Shown here piece by piece: positions 1-9,586 of a stretch of 64,000 nucleotides of DNA. Source of the stretch: Candidatus Omnitrophota bacterium (GTDB lineage Bacteria; Omnitrophota; Omnitrophia; Omnitrophales; Aquincolibacteriaceae). Position 1 is the first letter of the stretch. The number at the start of each line of letters is the position of its first letter. The notes below the pieces were generated by a model. It saw nothing but the letters and a program-made list of their open reading frames with translations. It was not told where the DNA came from and did not search any database. Both the position numbers and the translations under genes were made by a program. The stretch is from positions 16,437-80,436 of the forward strand of contig JAFGHI010000025.1 of NCBI GenBank assembly GCA_016930235.1, given 5' to 3'.

Positions 1-730
1 ATTTAGCGTCCGGAAACTGTTCGCTTAACTTCAAAAATGCTTCGGCTAGGAGATGGACTCCCTTTTGTTTAACCAAACGACCCACAAAAAGGATGATCGG
101 CCCCGATGAAATTCCGTGCTTACGCAGCATATCTTCCTTCGAATAATCTTTGCGGGTCCTCCTCGCAAAATCATTGAGAATGATCCCATTATGAAAAATT
201 CTTGTCCGCTCTACTGCCGCAGGAAACCGTCGGCAAATTTCATCAACGATAAACTGGCTAACACCGGTAATGGTATCGCACATGCGGATATTCTTGTCCG
301 TCCATACTTGACCACAACTCAAACTGCTTAGTTGGTGAATACTCAAGATAATGCCCACCTTGGGTAATGCCTTTCGAATATGCGGCACATAATGCATCCG
401 CGACATCACATTGACGATATCGGGATTGATCTTTTTAATTTGCGCAGCCGCCCATTTACCATAAAAGCATTCAAACCAAGGCGAAGCACTACGCTTAAAA
501 GGCAGTTTATAGGTACCTAACAAAACTTTCTCAATCCACGATCTTTTGTGGCGGATATAAGTAACATGGCCTTTGCATTCACGTCGCGGAAGCTCCGGGT
601 CACTAATCCCCAAAACATAAACCTCGTGTTCGGAAAGCTGGGTGGTCATCTCATGAATGATATTTTCAATAGCGCCTCCACGGATCGGAGGGACCGGAAA
701 TATTTCAGGGGCGAGAATCACAATCTTCAT
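1..730 (-). CDS. GT4 glycosyltransferase (partial, runs off window start)
   Basis: Not in the ORF track. Hand translation from ATG at 730 gives MKIVILAPEIFPVPPIRGGAIE... and ...IILFVGRLVKQKGVHLLAEAF, typical GT-B/GT4 motifs. ATGA overlap with the upstream gene's stop. Confidence 0.85.
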   Translation of the reverse strand, partial: MKIVILAPEIFPVPPIRGGAIENIIHEMTTQLSEHEVYVLGISDPELPRRECKGHVTYIRHKRSWIEKVLLGTYKLPFKRSASPWFECFYGKWAAAQIKKINPDIVNVMSRMHYVPHIRKALPKVGIILSIHQLSSLSCGQVWTDKNIRMCDTITGVSQFIVDEICRRFPAAVERTRIFHNGIILNDFARRTRKDYSKEDMLRKHGISSGPIILFVGRLVKQKGVHLLAEAFLKLSEQFPDAK

Positions 731-1695
731 GATACCCGCCTCCCCAGGGTTTGAAACAAACAAGCGAGATAAACAAGATAAGGCTTTATCAGATTGATAC
801 CAATCTGAAAAATACCCGAAGATCCCTCTATAAACTGTTTACCGACACACCGATCACGCACAATCGCTTGCTGCACCCTCCTTAATGCCTCATGCGCATC
901 TCCCCGTTTCAAATATTCAATCCCGAGTAAATATTGATAGCGCGTAATATAATTCTCTATAACTTGACGGCGCTTTCTAGATAGACAAGCCTCATAACGT
1001 TGAACGAGGCGATGCTGAAAACGCAAATAACCTTCATAGAGGTTTAATCGATTCGAAGCGGAATCCTCCGCATGACGTCGGACATAACTCACAACTTTAG
1101 GAATAAAAACCACTGGGTATTTCTCAGCGATGCGAAGCCATAAATCGATATCTTGGGCAATTAGAAGCCACGGATCAAACACGCCAACTTGTTCCAAACA
1201 CGATTTCTTAATCGCGGTCGCACATGTGTAAATCGATTGATGATCTCCATTTAATAATTCCTCGAAGTTCTTAGCCCCTACCGTAGGTTTTATTTCCGCA
1301 TCGGTCGATTGACACTCACGTATAAATTCAACCTGTCCATAAAATAATCCCGCGCCGGGGTTTCTTGATATCGCATCCGCCACGGCTGAAAGCATCTCCG
1401 GATGCCAATAATCGTCAGAGTCTAAAAACACAATATGAGATGCTCTAGCCCTCTCAATGCCGCGATTTCTCGCAATTGATTTTCCAGCATTCTCCTGATA
1501 TAAATAGTGGATCCGATTATCCCGGTATTTTTCCACAATCTCTTTCGTATTGTCCGATGACCCATCATCGACAACAATCAATTCCCAATCCTGTTCGTGT
1601 TGAGCAATAACAGACTCAATAGCCTGCGCAATCAAATCGTAACGGTTATACGTGGGCATAACGATACTAAATTTTGGACTATCGATTTGCGTCAT
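727..1695 (-). CDS. GT2 glycosyltransferase
   Basis: SIVMPTYNR, IVVDDGSSD, ARNRG, FLDSDD (DxD), QDIDLW motifs. Confidence 0.9.
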   Translation of the reverse strand: MTQIDSPKFSIVMPTYNRYDLIAQAIESVIAQHEQDWELIVVDDGSSDNTKEIVEKYRDNRIHYLYQENAGKSIARNRGIERARASHIVFLDSDDYWHPEMLSAVADAISRNPGAGLFYGQVEFIRECQSTDAEIKPTVGAKNFEELLNGDHQSIYTCATAIKKSCLEQVGVFDPWLLIAQDIDLWLRIAEKYPVVFIPKVVSYVRRHAEDSASNRLNLYEGYLRFQHRLVQRYEACLSRKRRQVIENYITRYQYLLGIEYLKRGDAHEALRRVQQAIVRDRCVGKQFIEGSSGIFQIGINLIKPYLVYLACLFQTLGRRVS

Positions 1696-2684
1696 GGCTC
1701 ACTTATCTTCCTCATATTTAATTTTGTTCTTACAAACTCTGCTTTCGATATCCGCTTCCTCAATCGATCCCACATGGCGCCTAAGTAATAATACCTTCGA
1801 AGCCAGTGCCACAACGCATCATCCTTACTGCCTTTCAGAAAGGATTTCAATGCCTCAAAATGGAGTTGTACGAAGAATCGCATCATCCAAATGGGTATTC
1901 CTAAAACAGATTTACTAGATTTGCATCTCTCCTCATATCCGGCATCCGTTCTCATTCCATGATGAAAGAATCGTTTAGCGAAATATTTTTTTGAAAGACT
2001 AGACGAACGAATCTTGTGACGGACCTTCATCCTAGGTTGATAGATCAATTTGCAACCGCAAGATAAGAAAAAACGATAAATTTCATAGTCTTGATTTTTA
2101 TGATTAAGCTCAAATCCACCATATTTCATAAATAATTCCCGTTTATATGCCATATTGGGACCTACAAAAGGTGTCTCCAATGTGTTAGATGCAAACAATT
2201 CATCACCATGATTAACAATCGCCAATTGCCGAATTAAGCTAGCGCCAAGCCATTTAGGTCGTTCACCAATCCATTCTGCTTCTATTGGACCGCCCACACC
2301 ATCTGCCGCTGTCTCTTCAAATGTTCGATAAATATGGGACAACCAATCCTTCGGTATAAGCACGTCATCATCCGTAAGCGCAATATACTTTCCTCGGGAT
2401 TTCTCTATTCCTAAATTAAGGGCATACCCTTTCCCTATCCTGCTTTCATAAAGATATTCGAGCGAGACCGGATAATCGTTAATGAGCGCTTTAACTTTTC
2501 GGTTGGTATCATCATCAGAATTGTTATCGACGATAATGACTTCATAGAAAAACTTGCCTTCTGTAATTTGATCTCGCAAAAAACTCAATACTTCACAGAT
2601 TTCTTTCGACCTATTGCGAGTTGCTATAATCACACTGCAATCGATCACGGCGTTTTGAGCCAGACTGAAACTACCCTCATTCAT
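1692..2684 (-). CDS. GT2 glycosyltransferase
   Basis: SVIIATRNR, VDNNSDD, ALTDDD motifs. Confidence 0.9.
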   Translation of the reverse strand: MNEGSFSLAQNAVIDCSVIIATRNRSKEICEVLSFLRDQITEGKFFYEVIIVDNNSDDDTNRKVKALINDYPVSLEYLYESRIGKGYALNLGIEKSRGKYIALTDDDVLIPKDWLSHIYRTFEETAADGVGGPIEAEWIGERPKWLGASLIRQLAIVNHGDELFASNTLETPFVGPNMAYKRELFMKYGGFELNHKNQDYEIYRFFLSCGCKLIYQPRMKVRHKIRSSSLSKKYFAKRFFHHGMRTDAGYEERCKSSKSVLGIPIWMMRFFVQLHFEALKSFLKGSKDDALWHWLRRYYYLGAMWDRLRKRISKAEFVRTKLNMRKISEP

Positions 2685-2764
2685 TTAACGCTACCGCCTT
2701 TTCGATAAAAGAAACGATGCTTGAATCATATAATCGCTATTCGTATTCTTGCAATCTTACTCAA

Positions 2765-4294
2765 TCACACATGGTCCGATTGTAATTCATTTGAGTATTC
2801 ATATGTCTGTTGAATGTCGTCTTTCTTTTTTGTTTTTGGTTGATGCCTAAACAACATATCAATAATTTCTTGCACCAACGTACGATCGGCCCAATATAAA
2901 GTCAGAAGATAAACACTACCACCAACAGCAGATAAAATGGCTAATTTCAACGCGTAGAGTTCCCGCATAACGTTCATCTGCCCCATACCATACTTCGATA
3001 AAACAATTATGCTCGACATGGCTACGCATGCAATGAAAGTCGATTTAATTCGAATAACGAGTTCTCTCAGTCGGTAATCAACGATTCGTTTTACAAGATA
3101 GAGATTGATGGGTACAAAAATTAACGAAGTCAGAATCATAGCATAAACTGCACCCTCGGCACCCCACACATAGGCGAACCCGATTAAAACAGGCAATCGA
3201 AAAATAACACGGGCCAGATTTAATCGAAATTGATAGTCCGGCTTACCGCATCCCATAAATATTGGCCATGAACTTGCACCTAATGGACTAATGATCTGCA
3301 CAATTCCGAATAATTGCATGAGCGGGATCATCGGCACCCATTTCGCTCCATAAATAGTCAAAACAATCTCCTCTGCCGCCAGAATAATGAAAAAACTGAA
3401 CGGAAATGAAAGGCACGATATGAAACTGACGATTTTTAAAAAGGTCTTTCGAACCGTTGCAAGATTGTTCTGAATCGCAGCATAGGCGGGGAACATCACA
3501 CGGGAAATAAGCTGGGTGAAATGACTGTTAATAAAATTACCGATGTTGGACGCTAACGCAAAATACCCCAGAATAGTCGTCCCCAGCATTTTTCCGACTA
3601 CAATATTGTTCATGTTATCCATCACATAACTCAGAATCGAGAGCCCGACTATAAATTTGCCGAAACTAAATAATTCTTTAGCCGCTTTCTTCTCATATTG
3701 AAATTTGACACGATACCCTGAAGAGAAGAACAGCAAGATGACCATGACCACGCCCTTAATGATATAAGCCCACACCAGACTCCAAATTGTCGGCGATATT
3801 AATGCAAAGGAAATTGCACAAATGGAATTGACAAAAGAACTGGCAAGGCGAATAAACGAAATCGTCCGAAACTTCATCCTTCTTGTTAAAAGCGCCGAAG
3901 GTACTTTCCCAAAACTATTGATGACGAAAATGATACCCAACGCCTGGACCACAACGGTGACTTCAGGATTTCCGAAAAATTTACCGGCTAATGGTGCCAA
4001 CAGCATACACAAACTAAAAACAACAACGCCAAAAAATAAGATAACGGAGAATGCCGTGTGGTTGGCAATGTCACGACTGTCTTTGCGTTGAATGAGCCCT
4101 GAATCGATACCAAAACTCTGGAAGATCCCTAACCCATCAATCAAGATAAACGCCATAGCAAACAACCCAAAAACAGAAGGCTCAAGAATCCTCGCTAGAA
4201 TGGCAAAAGTCACCACCGACGACATCTTTTGAGTTATTTTGACAATCATCATCCACTTCACGCCCGATACAGCTTTTTGCTTAAGACCTTTCAT
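2765..4294 (-). CDS. wzx: Wzx-type polysaccharide flippase (WzxC-like)
   Basis: LKQKAVSGVKW...ILARIL.P..FGL N-terminus; about 12 hydrophobic segments; VVGKMLGTTILGYF. Confidence 0.85.
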   Translation of the reverse strand: MKGLKQKAVSGVKWMMIVKITQKMSSVVTFAILARILEPSVFGLFAMAFILIDGLGIFQSFGIDSGLIQRKDSRDIANHTAFSVILFFGVVVFSLCMLLAPLAGKFFGNPEVTVVVQALGIIFVINSFGKVPSALLTRRMKFRTISFIRLASSFVNSICAISFALISPTIWSLVWAYIIKGVVMVILLFFSSGYRVKFQYEKKAAKELFSFGKFIVGLSILSYVMDNMNNIVVGKMLGTTILGYFALASNIGNFINSHFTQLISRVMFPAYAAIQNNLATVRKTFLKIVSFISCLSFPFSFFIILAAEEIVLTIYGAKWVPMIPLMQLFGIVQIISPLGASSWPIFMGCGKPDYQFRLNLARVIFRLPVLIGFAYVWGAEGAVYAMILTSLIFVPINLYLVKRIVDYRLRELVIRIKSTFIACVAMSSIIVLSKYGMGQMNVMRELYALKLAILSAVGGSVYLLTLYWADRTLVQEIIDMLFRHQPKTKKKDDIQQTYEYSNELQSDHV

Positions 4295-4382
4295 GCGTTT
4301 AATCCTTTCATAATTCCATCATATTGAATTTATAAAAACCGTTTGTCATAATGCCCAATCACTGTGTCAAATAAACACAAAG

Positions 4383-4398
4383 TTTCCGCCGGCGGAAA
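4383..4398. repeat. Perfect 16-bp palindrome TTTCCGCCGGCGGAAA
   Basis: Seen directly in the intergenic region; function unknown. Confidence 0.5.
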
Positions 4399-4446
4399 AA
4401 TTCAAAAATATAAAGGCAACCTATACGAAAAAATAAGTTACCCCTT

Positions 4447-5478
4447 TCACCCCACGGTTACGACCTCGCACTGCTTTTTGTCTTCCTCTACAATCGCTGC
4501 TTTCGCCAGATCTCTTGAACCTTGATTGAATCCAACAAGATAAATGACAGCGCCCGTAACAGCCATTAACACCATCAAAGAATAATTGACGATCGAAAAC
4601 AAAAAAGCATTCTCCGGGAGTACCCCTACCAGCCCAAGGAAGTAAACAAATCCATTTTCCCGTATACCGATCCCATTGACTGTGATCGGAAGCATCGTAA
4701 GCGTTACGACCAGCATGGTCATTACCGAGACTGTCGCGAAACTCAAATCGAACCCGAAAGCCTTGGCAACTAAAAAATACCGAAGAAAAACAAACAACTG
4801 CATGACTAATGAAATCAGAAAAGCTTCCAAAATGACCCCATGCTGATTTCGATACGCCCGCAAAGTTTCAACGGCCTTTCCAATAACGGTAATCCTCTTC
4901 CCGAGTTTCTCAATCCACGCGCTTGAACTCATCAACCCATACCCTAAGATCATCGCTCCGATTAATAGAACGCTGAAAAACACCACATTCCCCCTCGATA
5001 TGTTAAAGATCTTCATCAGCGTGCCTGACAGCGATAAACAAATAGCCGCCAAAACCAGTATGGCCACTGTTCCAATGAGCCGGCCAATTAAGACGATGGT
5101 CATCGAACGCGTCTTGCCTACACCGTATTTGGACATCGAGTACGCCCGCACAAAATCACCGCCGATAATCGTCGGTAGAAAGTGACCGAAAAAATAACCG
5201 ATCATGTAACATTTCAGTGTATAGCGATATGGAACCTGAGCTCCGTTCGCGTGAAGAAGCCGCTTCCATCTCAGTGAATGCAAGGCAAACAGTCCCCACA
5301 TGGCAACATAGCCCGCAAAACACCATTCCCAGCGAATACTTTTAAAAACCTCTGTAAGATCCGCCCAATTCAGGTTGCGGATTAAAAACCCAATTAAAAT
5401 CAGGCTTATGCCGAGCTTTAATACCCATGAACGATGCCGAACTTTGTCTATCCACGCTTTTACCCCAGTCAAAATCAT
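4447..5478 (-). CDS. Lysylphosphatidylglycerol-synthase TM/UPF0104 flippase-like membrane protein
   Basis: RW..LL, GYFFGHFLPTIIGGDFVR, LPITVNGIGIRE motifs; polytopic. Confidence 0.8.
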   Translation of the reverse strand: MILTGVKAWIDKVRHRSWVLKLGISLILIGFLIRNLNWADLTEVFKSIRWEWCFAGYVAMWGLFALHSLRWKRLLHANGAQVPYRYTLKCYMIGYFFGHFLPTIIGGDFVRAYSMSKYGVGKTRSMTIVLIGRLIGTVAILVLAAICLSLSGTLMKIFNISRGNVVFFSVLLIGAMILGYGLMSSSAWIEKLGKRITVIGKAVETLRAYRNQHGVILEAFLISLVMQLFVFLRYFLVAKAFGFDLSFATVSVMTMLVVTLTMLPITVNGIGIRENGFVYFLGLVGVLPENAFLFSIVNYSLMVLMAVTGAVIYLVGFNQGSRDLAKAAIVEEDKKQCEVVTVG

Positions 5479-5514
5479 TGATCGGAAACCTTCCTGGACA
5501 AATCCTCTACTTAA

Positions 5515-6327
5515 TCATGTCACCATAAATCCAAAGATAAAAATCGATGCCTGAACTGCGCGCACAAACGCTACGGACTCATGAATCTTAATCCTTTCCC
5601 GCATTTCAACCAAAGCGCTCACAACGGACCATATCGAAAAAACAATTGCGAGTTCAAAAAAGACCGGCTTTAAAAATGCCGGACTCATGAGAAACAAAAG
5701 GAAATCCTGAAACCCTTCAATATGGTGTATCGCCACCCCCAGACGCCCGACCTTTAAAAAAGGCAGTGAATATCCGTAAAGCTTCGAAGAAAAAGGCCAA
5801 AACAAAGGCACACCATAAGCGCTGAACATATCGAGAATCACGTGGGTGGAATAAGCCAAGAAGCTGAGAGCGAAGAGACGTAGCTCCTGTGACTTTTCTC
5901 GTATAAATTTTGAAATTCGAATCTCGAAACTCGAAACAAATCCGAATAAATCAAATCCTAATATCGAAACGGTTCTTTTGGAAGCAAGCCTATTCGCCAA
6001 ACTCCGGCATTTTTTATTATTGCCTTCTTCGGATTTCTGATTTGCTTCGAAATTCGGATTTCGGATTTCGGATTTAAGGCTCTTGACAAAGTGATATCCC
6101 CCTACAATCATGAAGGCTACGATGAAAGCAGCCGCCAGACTATGGGAAGGTCCTCGGTGAAACCGTGCTGCCTGTTGGATGAAAAGCCCGGGGAGAAAAT
6201 CAAAATCGGCTAGAGCGGCGAGCAGGACAAAAAAGAGAAGGTAGGGCCATCTCGTTTTCCGGTCCTTTTGTTTTGCAAAACAATAAACCGAATAACCCGC
6301 AAACGAATGTATCACCGGTAATGGCAT
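5515..6327 (-). CDS. YdjM-like inner-membrane metal-dependent hydrolase with an in-frame repeat-element insertion
   Basis: MPLPVIHS, LADFDF, HRGPSHSL, HVILD, GVPLFWPF motifs; about 58 aa of repeat-derived sequence (KSEIRNPNFE...FEIRISKF) inside. Confidence 0.8.
   Translation of the reverse strand: MPLPVIHSFAGYSVYCFAKQKDRKTRWPYLLFFVLLAALADFDFLPGLFIQQAARFHRGPSHSLAAAFIVAFMIVGGYHFVKSLKSEIRNPNFEANQKSEEGNNKKCRSLANRLASKRTVSILGFDLFGFVSSFEIRISKFIREKSQELRLFALSFLAYSTHVILDMFSAYGVPLFWPFSSKLYGYSLPFLKVGRLGVAIHHIEGFQDFLLFLMSPAFLKPVFFELAIVFSIWSVVSALVEMRERIKIHESVAFVRAVQASIFIFGFMVT
5904..6076. repeat. Class-1 (CGAA 7-mer) inverted-arm element, inside a CDS
   Basis: Left arm TGAA att CGAA tct CGAA act CGAA acaaatc CGAA; right arm ...TTCG aaa TTCG gat TTCG gat TTCG gattta. 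Confidence 0.8.
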
Positions 6328-6333
6328 AGCGCA

Positions 6334-6792
6334 TCATACCCCCCGAAAAGGTTCGTGAGACGATGAACTCGTCCCGCTCAGAACCGGTGATTCGGAGAAA
6401 CGGCGAGACGGCGATTTAATGACCCACTTATCCGCACTTTCTATCATCATGACAATTTGACCCATGATACGATCCGTTTCCTCTTCAAGATGTTCTGCCT
6501 CTTCCTTTGTAATATAATTACATCTCCTTGCGATTTCAGACCATACTTGTGTTTCGCAAGCTTCTGTCTCAGCATCGCTGAGCTTACTTATGAATGCCGC
6601 TTTATACCGGCGCTTCCGCCAAGCTTCTGCCAAGTTTGAACAAACCGACCTCGAAGACCTTTTCATTTGATCCGTCAAAGAATATTTTTCCTCACTCGGA
6701 AATCTCTTCGTTATTCGAAATATTTCCATTGCCATATTCATTGCACGATCATAAACATTAAGCTCTTTATAACTCGATATTATCTTCCCCAT
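6334..6792 (-). CDS. Four helix bundle protein (23S rRNA IVP-like, TIGR02436-type)
   Basis: SYKELNVY...FPSEEKYSLTDQMKRSSRSVCSNLAEAW..R...FISKLSDAETEACETQ; C-terminal tail reads through the repeat arm. Confidence 0.9.
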   Translation of the reverse strand: MGKIISSYKELNVYDRAMNMAMEIFRITKRFPSEEKYSLTDQMKRSSRSVCSNLAEAWRKRRYKAAFISKLSDAETEACETQVWSEIARRCNYITKEEAEHLEEETDRIMGQIVMMIESADKWVIKSPSRRFSESPVLSGTSSSSHEPFRGV

Positions 6793-6832
6793 CTCTTTTC
6801 CCGTTGCGCCGCTTCTCCGTCTCTCCGGCTCA
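6380..6832. repeat. 8-nt-period inverted arms flanking the four helix bundle gene
   Basis: 6380-6411 agaaccgg/tgattcgg/agaaacgg/cgagacgg versus 6801-6832 ccgttgcg/ccgcttct/ccgtctct/ccggctca. Confidence 0.7.
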
Positions 6833-6841
6833 CCCGCTCTC

Positions 6842-6942
6842 GTCTCTCGCCCCTTGCCCCTGCTCTTTCACCGGTTCTTCGTTTCGCCTACCCCCGTCTC
6901 GTGTCTCTCGCCCCTTGCACCTGCTCTTGCCCCTGCCCCCTT
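6842..6942. repeat. Pyrimidine-rich tract with about 6-nt period and an internal direct repeat
   Basis: gtctctcgccccttgc(c/a)cctgctctt at about 6842 and about 6903; ccttgc/acctgc/tcttgc/ccctgc units. Confidence 0.55.
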
Positions 6943-6981
6943 AGGGAATCATTTCTTGAGAACTAAGAACACGACCTCTTA

Positions 6982-7173
6982 TAAATCCGAATCCCGAAAT
7001 CCTAAGCACGAAACAAATTCGAATATCGAAATTCAAACAAAACCAAACTCTTCATTATCTTAAACACACATTGCATTTCTTTGCTTTTTTCTTTGCCGCA
7101 ATGTTTTATATTTATCTTTCTTATTTCTGATTTCGATATTGCTTCGGATTTCGATATTCGTATTTCGAATTTA
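6982..7173. repeat. Class-1 inverted-arm element (empty)
   Basis: taaatcCGAAtccCGAAatcCTAAgcaCGAAacaaattCGAAtatCGAA...TTCGgatTTCGataTTCGtatTTCGaattta; right end overlaps the kinase stop codon. Confidence 0.85.
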
Positions 7174-8157
7174 CAGCCTTTGTTCCGTGTTCTTAGTCCT
7201 TTCTTTCTTCAGCACTGCCTTTTCCCACCAGCCCTGGAACCGCTCTTCCATATCCTTCAAATTAAAGCCGGCCCGCTTAAAATGATAATGAGCACGGTTG
7301 CGGCCCTCATCACTATATTCATCGTAATAGTTGTAATAGCGGTAGTCGGGCGATGAAAACTCCACATTGGTAAGAACATAACCAAGCATCTTGGCCCCGG
7401 CCTGTTTGAATAAAACCTGGGCATGAGAAATGACACTCTTGGGCGTCCTTCCGACCTGGATCACGAATAAAACACCATCCACCTCTTTGCCCAAGATTCC
7501 GGCATCCGCCACGGACATGATCGGAGGCGAATCAATGATGATGTAATCAAAGTGATGACGAAGTTCCCGTATGAAATACTGCAGCTTTGAAGAGCTCACA
7601 AGTTCGGCGGATTTCCGGGTCGCTTCCCCTCTCGGGATAATCACAAGATTCTTTAAGGAATTCTTGCACATAACCTGCTTTGGATTCAAATCCTCACGAA
7701 GCAGCTCAGTCAGTCCCTTCTTCTTGTCACCAAAACCCATATAATCGGAAATGTTCCCGCGTCTCAAGTCGGCATCAATCAAGGCCACTCGCGCTTCGCC
7801 GTTCTCGGCCAGAGAAAGAGCCAAGTTTGTCGCGGTCACCGTCTTCCCCTCTGAGTGAATGGAACTGGAAACGAGAATCACTTGTGCCTGCTGTTTCGTC
7901 AGCTGCGCCTTCAAGGAGGTGCGAAACATCCTGTATTGCTCGGCCAGCATGGAGTCCGGAAACCTTAGCATGATCAACCGACTGTCCGGGTTTGTATTTT
8001 TAATTGTCGTAATCCCACGCTCAAAAGATGAAACATTGTCAACGGCTTCATCTTCATGTGCCGGAAGTCGCAACCCCGGACTGCCATCAGAACCAGCGGC
8101 TTTCGCCTGGTCCCTTTCCTCTTGTAGTTTTTCAAGTGCTTTCGTGTATTTACTCAT
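7171..8157 (-). CDS. CpsD/CapB-family polysaccharide tyrosine kinase (Wzc C-terminal-like)
   Basis: EQYRMFRT, Walker A SSIHSEGKT, LIDADLRR, IIIDSPP, C-terminal Tyr cluster DYRYYNYYDEY. Confidence 0.9.
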   Translation of the reverse strand: MSKYTKALEKLQEERDQAKAAGSDGSPGLRLPAHEDEAVDNVSSFERGITTIKNTNPDSRLIMLRFPDSMLAEQYRMFRTSLKAQLTKQQAQVILVSSSIHSEGKTVTATNLALSLAENGEARVALIDADLRRGNISDYMGFGDKKKGLTELLREDLNPKQVMCKNSLKNLVIIPRGEATRKSAELVSSSKLQYFIRELRHHFDYIIIDSPPIMSVADAGILGKEVDGVLFVIQVGRTPKSVISHAQVLFKQAGAKMLGYVLTNVEFSSPDYRYYNYYDEYSDEGRNRAHYHFKRAGFNLKDMEERFQGWWEKAVLKKERTKNTEQRL

Positions 8158-8212
8158 TTTGGTATGTCTCCTTTATTCCTTTATGATAACTATTTGCTAT
8201 AACTAAACTCGT

Positions 8213-8746
8213 TAAATACGAATCTCGAAACTCGAAATCCGAAACAAATTCGAATATCGAAATACAAATAAAACAAATAACACTAAAACAATACTCGCTT
8301 GTTCCTTCAGATTGACTTTCGTACAATAGAACCGAAAATGTTCATCAATTCCGTCGATTCTTGAATCAATGACTGCACTTCTTTTTCTAAACCGTTCGTA
8401 CAAACGCCCTCCAAAAGTCGAAGCCAATAACGGCTTTCTTTTGCCTCTTTCCTGCAGATCGTGATACGCATGCCAAAATCTTTTTTCCCTAACGACTCGT
8501 TGGCTTCGATATAGTTTGCGCCAACAGAGCCGGAGGCCCTCAATAACTGTCGCATATCATCCTGCACAATCCAGGACTTGTTCGCCTTCGATAATAGATC
8601 GCGCACTTGTACGGCAAATTTATAAGTCCGTTCCTCTAAATCGTATTTCTTTTCTTTTTTATCCGCTGCCATAACGATTTCGTTTTCTCTTTCTTATTTC
8701 GAATTTCGAAATTCCTTCGGATTTCGTGATTCGGATTTCGTATTTT
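8213..8746. mobile_element. Putative full-length class-1 cassette: inverted CGAA arms around a four helix bundle gene
   Basis: Left arm (8213-8268) aligns end to end with the reverse complement of the right arm (about 8691-8746); mobility is inferred, not shown. Confidence 0.6.
8307..8672 (-). CDS. Four helix bundle protein (TIGR02436-type)
   Basis: YDLEERTYKFA...QLLRASGSVGANYIEANESLGKKDF..RI.ICRKEAKESRYWLRLL...ELMNIFGSI. Confidence 0.9.
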   Translation of the reverse strand: MAADKKEKKYDLEERTYKFAVQVRDLLSKANKSWIVQDDMRQLLRASGSVGANYIEANESLGKKDFGMRITICRKEAKESRYWLRLLEGVCTNGLEKEVQSLIQESTELMNIFGSIVRKSI

Positions 8747-8767
8747 CTGCTGTTGCGCCTACTTCGG

Positions 8768-9586
8768 TTATCCGTGTCGAATCGTCGTCATGGCATCGCG
8801 TACGATCGCCTCATCGATTTTCTTGGTTTCGGCGATATAGCCCGCCAGGAGCGAATGATCACACAGATTATTAATCACTCGCGGGATCCCTTTGGTGAAT
8901 TCATAAATCAATCGATAAGATCCTTCCGGAAAAAGCCCCGAATAATCTTCGCCGTTGAGCTTGGCATGGTTTAAGCGATGGACGATGTAATTCTTCGTGT
9001 CTTCCGGACTTAACGCATTCAGATGATACTGAATCGATATCCTTTGTTTTAACTGGGCCAAACTCGACAACTCAAGCTTTCTTCGCAGTTCCGGCTGGCC
9101 CAACAAGATAATTTGGATCAATTTCTCCTTTTCGGTCTCTAAGTTTGAGAGCATTCTTACCTCTTCGAGGCAGGCCGGGCTCAGGTTCTGTGCTTCGTCG
9201 ATCATGAGAACCACATTCTGGTCGGAAGCCATCTGCTCTAAAAGATAATTATTGAGCTGAATCAGTAACTTATCTTTTGAACCATTCCGGTAATGGATGC
9301 CCAAATCTTCCATGATGAGCGTCAGAATACCTTTCGGACTTATCGTCGTATTGGTCACCAGCGCTGTTTTTACATCGCGGTCCAACTTCCGTAAAAGCGT
9401 CCGTGCAATGGTTGTTTTACCGGCACCCACTTCGCCGGTAATCACCACAAAACCCTTTCGCTGCCGAATCGCAAAGAGAAGCGCATCCAGGGCCGTTTTA
9501 TGTCCCAAGGATTCAAAGAAAAAACCTGAATCGGGCGTCTGGTTGAATGGATTTTCCTTAAATCCAAAAAATTTGTTATACACCAC
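8768..9586 (-). CDS. ExeA/GspA-like AAA ATPase of polysaccharide export loci
   Basis: FFGFKENPF..TPD, GEVGAGKTT (Walker A), IDEAQNL (Walker B), LLGQPEL, GIPRVINNLCD. Confidence 0.9.
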   Translation of the reverse strand: MVYNKFFGFKENPFNQTPDSGFFFESLGHKTALDALLFAIRQRKGFVVITGEVGAGKTTIARTLLRKLDRDVKTALVTNTTISPKGILTLIMEDLGIHYRNGSKDKLLIQLNNYLLEQMASDQNVVLMIDEAQNLSPACLEEVRMLSNLETEKEKLIQIILLGQPELRRKLELSSLAQLKQRISIQYHLNALSPEDTKNYIVHRLNHAKLNGEDYSGLFPEGSYRLIYEFTKGIPRVINNLCDHSLLAGYIAETKKIDEAIVRDAMTTIRHG

